Below, piece after piece: positions 19,220-31,100 of a stretch of 64,000 bases of DNA. Made by a program: the position numbers and the translations under genes. Where the stretch lies: positions 1,152,001 to 1,216,000 of the forward strand of contig CM000436.1 of the NCBI GenBank assembly GCA_000165345.1, given 5' to 3'. Numbering within the stretch: position 1 is the first letter of the stretch; the number at the start of each line of letters is the position of its first letter. The notes beneath the pieces were generated by a model. That model saw only the letters and a list, made by a program, of their open reading frames with translations. It had not been told where the DNA came from and ran no database searches.

Positions 19220-20908
19220 CTAAATACGGCTTGGAGGCTTTCTTTCCCAAATTATTTCTCCCTCTTCTCCTATTATAAGATCGTCCACGTAATAGGGAAT
19301 ACAAAAGATTGCCATATTATATATATGCCCCTTAGAAAATGGAGAGTTTTGCGTATCTGGAAATGGTTTTAGATATGAAATCTTATTCCATGCAAGATTC
19401 TCCCAAGTAGTTAAGTTATTATAGGCAAGAAAAAGGTGATATATAACAAGCAATAGAGAGAGAAAAGCAATAAAGAGTGCATTCCCAGCAATGAAAATCA
19501 TTGAGCAAATATCAAAGATTGTTAGGCGGCTACCATTCAGATCTGCTTTGAATAGACAAATTGAGATACAATAAAGAATCCAAATACACTCGGGAAATTG
19601 AACAAGCGAAAGCCACCAAAATTTGCATCTATTATATTCACCAATGCATACACCAAGCCAAGGACAATGGTGATCATGGGTCCGAATACATCTTTCACAA
19701 GAAGTACAATGCTTTGTACGAAGAGGTTGATACATTCTGCAATAATCACAAAATCTTAACCTAACTCCATTCTGATACATTTTCCCCTCTTTAAAGACAA
19801 AGTAGCCATCATTACTTTGAAAACAGCTATTTTTGAGACTATTACCACTCATTTCTCTTCTTGGTAGGAGATCAATGCCGTCTGAAGAACATGGAGAAAG
19901 CGGAAATGATAAACTATTACTATTCAAATTTGATACTGGATGAGTTAGTTGTTCCAATTTTGGTGTTTTTTGATCCATATCATTAAAATTTAATTTAAAA
20001 GTTGATCCTTCTTCATTTAAGTTTCCCCTGTCAATAAAGCTACATTCAGGAGATTTATTATCACCATCTATAAGATCTATAGATAATTTGCAGCATTCCG
20101 AGCTATTATTACTTAACAAGTTATCCAAGATCCTATTATTATTCAAAGAAAACTGAGAAACTCCTATTGAATTTAGAAGTTGTCCAGGCGCACTTTCCAT
20201 TACTAAACTTAAACTAGCTGTGCTTTTATCAATTCTTATTGGAGATTTTATCAAATTACTTGTATTTAAAAGTGGGAAAGATGTGGTACCGCTTCCCAGT
20301 CTTAAAATACTGTTTGATAAATTTAAATCATTTGTATTTGAATCGCATCTAGAATCAGCCAATGATTTATCATCCAAAATCTCAAAACTAGAGTTATTGA
20401 TTGATTCATTTATAGTCTGTAAATTATTTATTGACCCAGCTTCAAGGTCAAATTCATCAAATTCTTCATCCCTTTCTTCATCTGAAGATCCAAATATATC
20501 ACTATTACTTATTTTTTTTTCATTAGTGCCTCTTTTCAAATTTCTTAATTCCAAATTAAATTTTAGTTTTAATGGATCCCTAATTTTGTCCACTGGTTTC
20601 AATTTTGTTGATGGACAACTTTTCAGGTATCCTGGATCTCCAAACGATATTAATATATATAAAGTATAATTTAACATACCAAATATTAAAGAGTAAACTA
20701 TTAAAAAAGGAGCATTATTTATATACCAATCATTACTTGTATTATTTAACAACAACCATACTGGATAATATGCATATAATCTAAGTATACATACAAATAT
20801 ACCTGTAATATTCCAATTATTCTTTGAATTCACAATAAAACGAGATGGTAACAATCCCAGAGGGTTATCTGTATATGATGATAAGTCATTCTCCTTGTAT
20901 CTTACCAT
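19220..20908 (-). CDS. DHHC-CRD protein S-acyl (palmitoyl) transferase with a long low-complexity insert
   Basis: 562-aa ORF with an ATG at 20908. The DHHC-CRD is CDYCRMYQPLRTKHCTSCERCIRTHDHHCPWLGVCIGEYNRCKFW. Two TM helices precede it and two follow it. Confidence 0.85.
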   Translation of the reverse strand: MVRYKENDLSSYTDNPLGLLPSRFIVNSKNNWNITGIFVCILRLYAYYPVWLLLNNTSNDWYINNAPFLIVYSLIFGMLNYTLYILISFGDPGYLKSCPSTKLKPVDKIRDPLKLKFNLELRNLKRGTNEKKISNSDIFGSSDEERDEEFDEFDLEAGSINNLQTINESINNSSFEILDDKSLADSRCDSNTNDLNLSNSILRLGSGTTSFPLLNTSNLIKSPIRIDKSTASLSLVMESAPGQLLNSIGVSQFSLNNNRILDNLLSNNSSECCKLSIDLIDGDNKSPECSFIDRGNLNEEGSTFKLNFNDMDQKTPKLEQLTHPVSNLNSNSLSFPLSPCSSDGIDLLPRREMSGNSLKNSCFQSNDGYFVFKEGKMYQNGVRLRFCDYCRMYQPLRTKHCTSCERCIRTHDHHCPWLGVCIGEYNRCKFWWLSLVQFPECIWILYCISICLFKADLNGSRLTIFDICSMIFIAGNALFIAFLSLLLVIYHLFLAYNNLTTWENLAWNKISYLKPFPDTQNSPFSKGHIYNMAIFCIPYYVDDLIIGEEGEIIWERKPPSRI

Positions 20909-21497
20909 ATCATTATTTTTCTTTTTTTTCCCTTAGTAAAATAGATTTCTGTTTTCAATATAGTTTACTTTTTATTTTACTTTAACTTTTATTCTTTATT
21001 TTATACTTATATTTTGATAAGCCTATTTAGTTACTTACCTTAACACACTTCCCCCCACTAAAAAAAAAGCCAAGAATATTAATATCAAGTGATTAATATT
21101 TCACTAAATAGATTTTCAAATCACACAGATCTCAAGGGAATAGTGTCAGATTACCTTATTTTCTCGAAATTCTAATTTTTTTTAATACTTAATTAAATTT
21201 GTTTATTGCTTTAGCATGCACACCATTTAAGAATATTTACTAATACCTTAATTTCTGACCTAAATGTGTGTAATACAACAAATAACTTGCCAGGACTCTT
21301 TTATTCTTATAATAAACCTTTAAAATATTATCAAGATGTATTATATATATATATTTTTTAGTTACACCTTCTTTAACCCGGCCTTTGAAAATTTAAATAT
21401 TTCAATTTAGTATTCATCCTTTTTTTTTTTTTTTCAAATTACCCCATCAATTGCATTTCACAGTTTACCGCCAAGTCCCTGCCTACAAATGTGAGAG

Positions 21498-21528
21498 TTC
21501 CCGCCTTTAATTAACAGTTTTGGCGGGA
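21498..21528. promoter_or_regulatory. inverted pair TTCCCGCC ... GGCGGGAG flanking TTTAATTAACAGTTTT, in the divergent promoter between the DHHC and PPTase genes
   Basis: Seen directly. A GC-richer stretch of about 100 bp follows (to about 21640). Confidence 0.5.
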
Positions 21529-21737
21529 GCTGATTGTTAGTCTTCGAGAACTGAGCGCGTAAATGTGGAATTGGGGCAAAAATGCATATATACTATCGGT
21601 TGGGACCGGAGAGGGGTAAATGGGATCTTATAAGGAGAAAAAAAAAAGAAAGAAGAATAGTATTGTCTTTGAAGTGATCATTTAATTGTTTGTTATTGAT
21701 TTTTTTTCTATTTGTTTATATCACCTAATAGTATGAA

Positions 21738-22912
21738 ATGCAAGTAGAATTAGATTTAAAGAAAAGATTGGAAATAAATGATACTTGTATATTATGGTGC
21801 ACCTTGGATGTGTTTGATAATTTGGACTTTAGTAATTTGATTAACAAATTAAGACTCGAAGTATTGGAAGATGAAGAGTTTGAAAGAATTTTAAGGTTAG
21901 TTATAAATTATTCATAGTTTAATCAAAAATTATTATGAAGGATTAATGTTAAATTGACTTATTTTATTACTTAAATTAGGTATAAAATTCTGGATGATAG
22001 AAAAAGATCTTTATTAAGTGTATTATTAATGAAATTAGCCTTAATGAATTACTATGATATTTCACCAAAACAGGTAAAAATAATTCGTGAAAAAGGAATG
22101 AAGCCGTATTTTAAATATGACTCGGAAAGTGATTCATTACTGCATTTTAATGTTTCACATGATGGAGATGTTGTGGTGATTATTTTGTCTAAATATATGG
22201 TTGGAATTGATATTATGAAAACCGAGTTATCACCTTCCAGAGTTCAGTTATCAAATAATATTATGGAAGCAAATGAGAAATTTTTGAATAATATGAAAAA
22301 TGTTTTCCATCCATCTGAGTGGGAATATATTCAGAAAGATATCTCAAAATTTATGCATTATTGGACAATTAAAGAGTCATTTGTAAAATATATTGGGCTA
22401 GGGCTTTATGTTGATCCAAGAAGGCTATTAATAGATTCAAGTTTAGTAAAAGAAAATCATCAATGTAATTTGAATTCTCCCTATTTAAAACAAAGTAATA
22501 TATATCTGGACAATCAATTACAGGTAAGGAAATCAATTTTGTTAAATATAAGTATATATATATTAATTAATGCTACTGAATATGTTAAATTAATTTATTG
22601 TCTTATTTTCAGAATTGTGAGATCTATTCATCTAACAAAATTATTTCCAATTATTATATTTCTTTCTGTATATCAGAAAGTTATTCTCAGAAATTCAACA
22701 CATACAATATTTCTAGCGATCAAGTTAAGTATATTAATGAGTTTAAGAGATCACAACTTTGTAAAAATTCTACTATAAAGGTAAGCTCATATTTCTTAGT
22801 ACTTTCTAATTAAACTCTGAACTAGATTTGACTCTTTTTTTAACATTATTATTATTACTATATATAGATACATACTCAGCAACTAAAAGTAATGAATTTT
22901 TTTTCCTTTTGA
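21738..22912 (+). CDS. Sfp/AASDHPPT-type 4'-phosphopantetheinyl transferase; exons 21738..21895, 21980..22523, 22613..22780, plus a short, uncertain terminal exon ending at the TGA at 22910..22912
   Basis: Introns 21896..21979 (GTTAGT..AG) and 22524..22612 (GTAAGG..AG) were reconstructed by hand and keep the frame. Conserved PPTase blocks are FNVSHDGDVVVIILSKYMVGIDIM (the FNxSHsG...GvDiE block) and WTIKESFVKYIGLGL (the WtxKEaxxKaxGxG block). The N-terminal exon MQVELDLKKRLEINDTCILWCTLDVFDNLDFSNLINKLRLEVLEDEEFERILR|YKILDDRKRSLLSVLLMKLAL resembles the PPTase N-terminus. The donor after 22780 (AAG|GTAAGC) is clear, but the last acceptor is ambiguous. Confidence 0.65.
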
Positions 22913-23261
22913 TACACTCTCAAGATAATGTAATATTCAATATTATCACACAGAAAATATCTAGAAATTTGAAGAAAATTCATATATCAGTAGCCACACT
23001 ACTATTTCATATTTCTAAACTTAAAGAACTCTTATATTTTATGGTGATGATGATTTTGATTTCTTTAACCATTTTTACTTTTTTCAATTAATATATTATC
23101 GCTCGTAATAATTAAAAAAAAAAACAAAATTACCCGCCAAAACCCTCACAGTGATTAGTGCATTTTTGCAGAGGAAAAAAAATTAATACCTAAATAAAAT
23201 TAATTAATTTACTATTTTCAAGCACAGAATAATTAGTTAAATTAAATATAAGAGAATCAGG

Positions 23262-23549
23262 ATGTTAGTAAACACAGATGTTGATATTTCAAATGAATTA
23301 GAATCTATGTCCATTTTAAGGCCAAAGTACCCAACACATGTAGTGACTAAACAAGGAATAGAGTTAAGAAGTTCATCTTATGGAGTTGAAGATAGAGAGG
23401 GTAATATTGGTGAATTATTAGCAGTAACTCAGATCACAGGAGTTGTTTATATGACATTTGATTCTTCTGGAAGGCTTTATTCAATTGAAAAAGATATTGC
23501 AAGAGAATTTCTTGGAGAGTTGCAGGATGAAAAGATGAGTTGGGAATAA
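23262..23549 (+). CDS. hypothetical small protein (95 aa)
   Basis: ATG start. An E2F-like ACCCGCCAAAA lies at 23132..23142, about 120 bp upstream. No family assignment, and it may be spurious. Confidence 0.35.
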   Translation: MLVNTDVDISNELESMSILRPKYPTHVVTKQGIELRSSSYGVEDREGNIGELLAVTQITGVVYMTFDSSGRLYSIEKDIAREFLGELQDEKMSWE

Positions 23550-23986
23550 GCCTAAGAATATTTAGGTTAATTTTGGTAGAATTTGAAAGAGGTTGGGATC
23601 AGCTTTAAGAGAGGAGAGAAAGGAATAATCAAGAAGCTGAATAGTTATTAGTAAAATATTAATTTTACTAATTTAATAAAAGGAGAGAAAAAAAAAATCT
23701 GTAAGGAGGTAGCTACTTAAAATTACTATTTGAATTTTTATTCCTTGATAAGAAATGTTTGTCAAATAAAAATGAGATGAAATTTGGAACTGGTTAGAGA
23801 TTTATTTGATCTAGATTTGTAGATGTATAAGTCCTTTTCTATCATTTATACTACTAATTCTCCTTCTCTTCCTTCATATTTACTCATTAAAATTACGTAA
23901 TAAATAAATTTCAGATTAATTATTATGTACATTTTTTTTAAGTTTTTTTTAATTATATCACTTTTTTATCGAAGTGACTTATTCTA

Positions 23987-24068
23987 GGCAAAGTGCTCGA
24001 GTGGTTAAGAGGTCAGTCTCGAAAACTGATAGCGTTTCGCTGCGCAGGTTCGAATCCTGCCTTTGTCG
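23987..24068 (+). tRNA. tRNA-Ser(CGA): tRNA-Ser, anticodon CGA, 82 nt, intronless, long variable arm
   Basis: Folded by hand. Acceptor GGCAAAG/CTTTGTC (one G-U), 3-bp D-stem CTC/GAG. Anticodon stem TCAGT/ACTGA with loop CTCGAAA, giving anticodon CGA. 14-nt variable arm AGCG..CGC. T-arm GCAGG-TTCGAAT-CCTGC. Discriminator G. Confidence 0.9.
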
Positions 24069-24069
24069 G

Positions 24070-24075
24070 TTTTTT
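24070..24075 (+). terminator. RNA polymerase III terminator T6 immediately 3' of tRNA-Ser
   Basis: A TTTTTT run starts 2 nt after the discriminator base. Confidence 0.6.
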
Positions 24076-24322
24076 CCCCCCTATATAATTGGTAATAATT
24101 GGAGAAGAATCAAATTAATTGAAAAAATGAGGGAAATGGAGTGAAGAAAATGAAAAGGAATGTAGTAAAAAAATATTATGTATAACTAAGTGAATCAAAT
24201 GATCGTAAATATACTTTAGTATATTTTATCCTTTATATGCTATTATGGTTGATTTAAAAAGAAAGATAATTAAAATTCTTTTTATTTTTCCTATATTATA
24301 GGAATATTAAAGTTATCTACTA

Positions 24323-25879
24323 TCAAGATCTTAAAGACTTAAGGATCTGCTCAAGATGTTCGAGATCCTTGTCAATTAGTTGAATATTACAATCATAATA
24401 ATCTTGAATTTGTTGAATTAAAGAAAGCTGATGAGGAAGAATAAAGTTAATAGATATACCATTTAATCCAAATCTTCCAGTTCTTCCAATTCTATGCAAA
24501 TATGTCTCATTTTCAACTTGAACTGAAGATGTCTGATTAACAATATCAATAGAATTTGTGGAGCTGAATCTGACAGGAATATCAAAATTAATCACAAGAG
24601 TGACTTGAGGAACATCAATACCTCTTGATAAAACATCAGTAGCAATTAAAACTTTGCTTTCACCTGATCTAAATGAATCCATAACTTGATCACGAATTTC
24701 ATGATCCATTTTCTCACCAGAATTAGTTTGGGTACCACATATAACAGAAATTGCATGTCCATCTCTTCTCATATTTTCAGCTATAGAAAAGGCTGTTTTT
24801 CTAGTATTAACAAAAATGATAGACTGTCCAATTGACATACAAGCATACAAATCTGATAAAAATGAAAGCTTATCAGCATCATCATTACAAATTACATAGA
24901 ACTGTTGAATAGTATTCAATGTTAACTCTTCTTTTTTAACATTAATTTTATTTGCATTGGGTACAATCTTTTCAGCAAAAAGACGAACTTCCTCGTGGTA
25001 AGTTGCACTGAATAAAAGGATTTGTAAATTTTGTCTAAAGAATTTCCTGATTTGTCCAACTTGAGAAGCCATCATATTTCTATGATCAATCATTTCATCA
25101 GCTTCATCAATAACCATTAACTTCATAAATTCTGTTGGAAAAGATCTTTTCTTTAAAAAGTCTTGCATTTTTCCAGGAGTACATATAATTATCTGAGATC
25201 CAATAGTCTTATCGTATTTATCTCCTTGAGCAACAACAAGCCATGTTGTGATTCCTGTAAACTTTCCAAGTTCATTTACAACATCCTGGTTTTGACGTGC
25301 AAGCTCTCTAGTTGGACATAAACACATACATTGGGGATGAATAATCCTTGTATCAACTTTCCCCAACATAGCTAAAGCAAAAGTCGCAGTTTTACCACTT
25401 CCATTATGAGCTTGAGCAATTAAATTCATTGGTGAATTTAATATGAGTGGTAATGCTGCAGCTTGAATCTTAGATGGACGATTAAAACCTTTATTATAAA
25501 TACCTTTAAGTAGATCAGGTGAAAGATTAAGATCTGACCAATCTTTCGCAGAATACAGCTGAGCTTTAGGATCTACAGTTTGAACTGATATTGATGAGTT
25601 ATTTTGAACATCTCTAAATTGAAAAGCAGAATTATCGCTTTTTGGAGACTTAAAATCATCTATATCATCATTTTCAGTGTCTTTCCTTTCCATATCGTCT
25701 TCTTTAGATGTTCTTTCTTCCTCTTCTTGAACCTTTTTTGAATCTTCTAATTGAGAATTTGATGAAGTAATATTCTTAAAATATTCCTTAAGTTCATCTA
25801 CATTTGCAACTTCTCCATTTTCCTCTGTTTCTATCCTACTAGAGTTGCTATTGTTAATAACGGAATCTTCAGTTGACAT
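24323..25879 (-). CDS. DBP5: DEAD-box ATP-dependent RNA helicase DBP5/DDX19 (mRNA export)
   Basis: The ORF track start at 25882 is TTG, and the ATG is at 25879. The motif set is Q-motif region FNRPSKIQAAALPLIL, motif I NLIAQAHNGSGKTATFALAML (compare DDX19 NLIAQSQSGTGKTAAFVLAML), DEAD (VIDEADEM), SAT (FSAT) and HRIGRTGRFG. Confidence 0.85.
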   Translation of the reverse strand: MSTEDSVINNSNSSRIETEENGEVANVDELKEYFKNITSSNSQLEDSKKVQEEEERTSKEDDMERKDTENDDIDDFKSPKSDNSAFQFRDVQNNSSISVQTVDPKAQLYSAKDWSDLNLSPDLLKGIYNKGFNRPSKIQAAALPLILNSPMNLIAQAHNGSGKTATFALAMLGKVDTRIIHPQCMCLCPTRELARQNQDVVNELGKFTGITTWLVVAQGDKYDKTIGSQIIICTPGKMQDFLKKRSFPTEFMKLMVIDEADEMIDHRNMMASQVGQIRKFFRQNLQILLFSATYHEEVRLFAEKIVPNANKINVKKEELTLNTIQQFYVICNDDADKLSFLSDLYACMSIGQSIIFVNTRKTAFSIAENMRRDGHAISVICGTQTNSGEKMDHEIRDQVMDSFRSGESKVLIATDVLSRGIDVPQVTLVINFDIPVRFSSTNSIDIVNQTSSVQVENETYLHRIGRTGRFGLNGISINFILPHQLSLIQQIQDYYDCNIQLIDKDLEHLEQILKSLRS

Positions 25880-26167
25880 CAAGGCTTACTTCACTCTCCA
25901 AATCTTTTCTTGATATATATTCAAAGTGATAATTTTCGTATCGGGACAAATTCCAAGTAGCTGCAATTCAAATATATTACTATTGTAATGCTTGAATTAC
26001 TGATATAATAATCAAATCTAGATGAAAAATAGTAAATAAATTCCCTTCCTCTGATCTTTTAGATTATTGATTATTATTCTAATTCCTTTTGTTCCACCCC
26101 CTAGAAAGAATTTTTTTTAAATATTAACCTTCCTTTATTCTTTTCTTCCTTAATAATTCGGTACCAG

Positions 26168-26192
26168 TTTCGGCGCCAGACCTTTGGCGGGC
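26168..26192. promoter_or_regulatory. TTTCGGCGCCAGACCTTTGGCGGGC, two tandem E2F-like sites in the divergent DBP5/PRMT1 promoter
   Basis: Seen directly. Confidence 0.5.
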
Positions 26193-26405
26193 ATATTAAA
26201 GACATTATAATGTCAAATATTTTGTGATGAAAAAAGAGGAAAATTTGCAGAGAAAATTAGGTGGAGAAAAAATACTTTAATTTGGTTAAAGTAGATTCTT
26301 TTAAAGGAAGGATTTAGGGTATTAATATTAAAATTATTTGAATAAATAGTTTTAACTAAAAATTAAAAAAATAGTGGAATTGGGTTGAGTTTATTATATT
26401 GAATA

Positions 26406-27452
26406 ATGATTAAACCAACAGAAGAAGAGCTTAAAGAGTTTAAGAACTCCTGGAATCCATTAGTTCAAGAGGATATTAGCAGTGCAGATTATTACTTTAA
26501 TTCTTATGCTCATTTTGGAATACATGAAGAAATGTTAAAAGATTCAGTCAGAACTGGTTCATACCAGAAGGCCATAATGTCTAATAAACATTTGTTCCAA
26601 GATAAGATTGTCTTGGATGTAGGAAGTGGTACAGGAATTCTATGTATGTTTGCTGCAATGGCAGGAGCAAAGCACGTATATGGTATAGAATGTTCAGAAA
26701 TTGTACATGTTGCCAGAAATATAATTAAGGATAATAATCTATCTGATAAGATTACCTTTATACAGAGTAAAGCTGAAGAAGCTGTTCTTCCTGTAGAAAA
26801 GGTTGATATTATCATTTCCGAATGGATGGGATATTTACTATTATATGAATCTATGTTGGATACTGTATTATTTTGCAGAGATAAATGGCTTAAGGAAGAT
26901 GGTTTAATCTTCCCAGATAGAGCACAAATGTATATTGCAGGTATCGAAGATGCTGAATATAAACAAGAAAAGCTTGGATATTGGAATAATGTTTATGGAT
27001 TTAATTATCAATATGTCAAACCTTGTATTATGGAAGAACCAATAATAGATACCGTTGGAGAGAATGCTGTTAATACAAGCTCTTATTGTATTCTTGATAT
27101 TGACCTTTACAAGTGTAAGAAAGAAGACTTAGAATTTGTATCTCCTTTTTATCTTAAGGCTGCTAGAAAAGACTTTGTTCATGCTTTCATTGTATGGTTT
27201 GATATCATTTTTGGATGTGGTCATAAACCTGTTACTTTTACTACAAGCCCTTTTGGGAAATATACTCATTGGAAACAATCAGTATTCTACTTTGAAGAAG
27301 ATCTTGTTTGCGATACTAATGATATGATTTCAGGAATATTTGCTTTAAAGAAGAACACTAAAAATGTCCGAGATCTTGACATTAAAATCAAATTCAACTT
27401 TACAAAAAATAATTCTTCTATTGAAAGGATTAACTATTATAGACTAAGGTAA
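26406..27452 (+). CDS. PRMT1: protein arginine N-methyltransferase type I (PRMT1)
   Basis: 348-aa ORF with an ATG start. Motif I is VLDVGSGTGILCMFAAMAGAKHVYGIECS. The double-E/THW region is IISEWMGYLLLYESMLDTVLFCRDKWLKEDGLIFPDRA...YTHWKQSVFY. It aligns along its full length with PRMT1. Confidence 0.9.
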   Translation: MIKPTEEELKEFKNSWNPLVQEDISSADYYFNSYAHFGIHEEMLKDSVRTGSYQKAIMSNKHLFQDKIVLDVGSGTGILCMFAAMAGAKHVYGIECSEIVHVARNIIKDNNLSDKITFIQSKAEEAVLPVEKVDIIISEWMGYLLLYESMLDTVLFCRDKWLKEDGLIFPDRAQMYIAGIEDAEYKQEKLGYWNNVYGFNYQYVKPCIMEEPIIDTVGENAVNTSSYCILDIDLYKCKKEDLEFVSPFYLKAARKDFVHAFIVWFDIIFGCGHKPVTFTTSPFGKYTHWKQSVFYFEEDLVCDTNDMISGIFALKKNTKNVRDLDIKIKFNFTKNNSSIERINYYRLR

Positions 27453-27844
27453 AAGCTTTAACATGATTGTTTTGTATGCTCTTTTCAATCATTAGTTATT
27501 ATTATTTTACAATATAAAGGTGAAACATAAACTTACAGATTCTTAAATTGAATATTTTATACACTCTTATTATGTATTTTTATGCTTTAATTCAATGATA
27601 TTTTGTATCTATTTACCACTATTCTTACTGCTTCTTATAACATTAACATTTATTTGAATTAATTTACATGCAATCTGATCTGATTATAACATAGTCATTC
27701 CAAAACATATAAAAGAATTATTCTAGACTAAATGAACCAAACTATTCAAAACTAACTAAATTAAATCTCCATATCTACTGTAATTGTTTCTATAAATTCT
27801 TTCTTTTTTTATTTACAATATTTGATCATGTATTTATATGTGTG

Positions 27845-27860
27845 GTTTCCCGCCGGCGCG
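27845..27860. promoter_or_regulatory. TTTCCCGCCGGCGCGC GC-island upstream of the CPSF160-like gene
   Basis: Seen directly. It is followed by a GC-richer 5' leader (28000..28167). Confidence 0.4.
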
Positions 27861-28167
27861 CAACCACTTTAAAGGTATCGAAGTAATATATGAAATTATG
27901 TAGATGGAAAAAAAAATAAAAGAAAAAAAGAAAATAGCAATTTAGACAAATTATAAATATTTAAAATTGAATCTTGATTACAAGTATTTGAGCTTTTTAG
28001 GACAAATTGAGGGGGAGTAAAGCTAAGGCTTCGGATAAGGATACTTTGAAACCTTATTGTAGGAGTGTTAGGGAGAAATTTAATAAGGCCCTGCTCCTTA
28101 CAACAATAAACCTTTATTGGTTTAGTAATGAGAGTTTACTTCATCTGAACAAACGGAGGAGTCTAGA

Positions 28168-31100
28168 ATGACAGCCGTATTTGACACATACTGTTCCAGT
28201 GAGAGGCCTGAATTTTCAGTCTTTGGCCACTTTGTGGGGAGAAGAGATGAGCAAGATTCTCGATTAAATTTGTCTCTTGTAAAAAGTAACAGGATAGAGC
28301 TTTATGAGGTGAACAAAGATAAAAAGATTAGATTTATCGCATCATCAATACTTTTGCAAACTCCTGTGGCTTGTACTACCTTGAAAGGACATAATGGTAT
28401 GCCTGATTATATAGTACTATTATTTGCTCATTGGGAAATCATGATCTATAGGTACTCAAATCAATATGGAGAGTTAGAGCTAGTTAGTAAAGATCAAATC
28501 GAAATAGGAGACTTTGCAAGAGGCGCATCTTTGAAGTTTTCACGAGTTATTGAAGCTGATGACAATATTAAACTTGAACAAATTCTAATAGGAGCCAAAC
28601 CTAATTGTGATGATCTTGTTCTCATGATCACTTCTCCTAAATATCTATTATTTATTACATATAGATTGAAAGCGAATAGAAATGAATTTAATAAAGAGCT
28701 TTCTTTAGGAGTATGTTGGGGAATTCTTGTTGAAACAGATATTTATATGGATACTATTGTTGATTCTTGCCAAATTTTGGATGAAAACTCTAATCTTTGT
28801 TTACAACCCAAAATTGCTATTTTGACTAGAATTGGGCCAATAAGTACCGGATCTATTCAATCACATTCAAATTGTGTTTCTTTAATATATTTAACTATTA
28901 ATATGGAACTTACTGAATTTACTGTCTTGGATAAACTTGAACTTCTTCCAATGGATTCCTATAAACTTATTCCTTTTGATACTAGGAGAAATACTAATAT
29001 ATGTTTATCTGGAGGAGTAATGGTACTTTCCAGGAACTCTATAATTCTTCATGGAGGCATAAATAGACCATTTACATTAATCACAACTAATGATTCTTAT
29101 GACAAAGTTCCAGAGAAAAAGCTAGAAGTTGATTTATGTGCTCAAAAAGTTCATGGATTTAAGGCAAAAACATTTGGATTTGATACAGGTATCGTTAATG
29201 TAGATGGTAATAGTACAAGTACAACTTCTAATGATAATTCTGAATTCTTAAATACTATTTCTACTGATAATTCAAATAGTAATTTGGATCTTAGAACTTT
29301 ACTTACAAATCTTCAACCAATATTAATCAATCAACCAGAATTATCCATAGAATTCCAAATTTCATATTCGGTACCTTTCTTAATTACTAACGAATATTAT
29401 GGTATTTTACTTTTTAATCAAATTCAGCCATATTTAATTGGTTTAGTTCTACAATTATCAACAGACCGAACTAATGGAATCAAAGGATTCCATTGGTTTA
29501 AAGTTAATGAATATTGGGATTGGAGTAGAAACTATTTATCATGTAGAAATGATTCAGTTTTATACCTTGAAACTACGACTCATACAAAAAAGCTCGGGTC
29601 TGAGACAATTCTAGATGAGCATTATTTAATTACCGGTACCCCTATTTTTAGAGTTCAAAATGCTAGATTTGTCCAAAATAAAAATGATTCTTATAATTGT
29701 CAGTCATTATTATTAATTGGAAATAATGACTCTAATTCTGGAATCTCTATTTTAGATTTTACATTTAATAAAAAATTTACGGTACCTTTTATAAAAAATA
29801 TATCAAGTACCCAAGATCCACAATTAAGTTATAATGCTATAGTAAAATTAATTAATTCAAAAGAGGCACAATCTCGTATTAGTGACGAAAAGAATAAAAA
29901 AATCAAAAGGAATCAGGTAGATTCTGATAGTGTTAATCTAATACAACCTTATTCAGAAACTTACCTTTCATCTTCTAATCTAGAAGATCTTGAAAGATTT
30001 TACATATACTCAGATATTCCTATAAAGGAATATTGTAATGAATCTGAAGAAAATGTAGGTATTTTAAGAGATATTAAAATTAGGGATTATTTAGATCTTG
30101 GTCCAAACTCTCTTAGGGACTTTTGTATTATCCCAAGTTCTTATGAAAATTGGAATATTGAATTGGATGATGAAAAACGTCATAAGAAGTACCCAGTTGA
30201 TGAAAATCACTCAATACTTAGTACAAATGGAACTTATCCAATAGGACAACTTTCTCTATATGAGAAGTCTGTTTCTAAATCATTAATAACAAAGTTCTCC
30301 TTGGATGATATTCTGTTCCATTGGACTTTAAATGATCCAATTACTAGTAAAACTAAGTATTTAGTATTTACTTCGGATCCTTTAAAAAGTATCGGCAAGA
30401 CTTATTTCTTTTCATTAGATACTTGTATTAATAGTAGCCAAGAAACCTTTATTATTGGAGATGTGAATCAATTGGATCCTTCAGAAGGAGAATTTGATTA
30501 TGAAGCAGACTCAAATACTGTTGGAGTTGGAGTAATTAAAATGGGAAATGCATATGAGGATATTTTTGTGATCCAAGTTCTCCCATCAACCATTAATGTT
30601 TTAGATTTTGGAATCAAAACAAGATTAGTAGAACTGGATCTCATTTCAACTTTATTCTCTGATAATCCTGATGCTCCATTAGCAATTAAATCTTTTATTA
30701 TGGGTAACTTAATTATAATTTTATTTGAAGATTCTACTATTAAAGTTTTAAAGATCTTGAAATCGAATCCAGATAAAGATCAAGATCATAAAATAGGTAC
30801 CGAATATATTAATTCATTAAATAGCTTAAAAATTATTAATGAATTTTTAAGATACCAAATTATTATTGAGAATATGGATGATCTTTTTGAGGAACTTAAT
30901 AATCTTTTTGAAATTAACCAACTTGTAATTAAACAAAGAGTTATGGAAGGAGAGACTTCACAGCTTTTCGAAGATGAGCCTTTAGAAACAACATCAATAG
31001 AAGAGAGGAATCCTGATCAATTATGGAAAAACAAATTCTGGATCAGACATGTTTCTCCAGTAATTACTAATTCTGATCGTAATTTGAAAGATTCAGAAGA

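Noticed and set aside
22828-23091. 87-aa ORF as the terminal exon of the PPTase gene
   Set aside because: No AG acceptor places it in frame with the phase-0 donor at 22780. It is hydrophobic and low-complexity, so it is probably non-coding. The PPTase more likely ends in a short exon with the TGA at 22910..22912.
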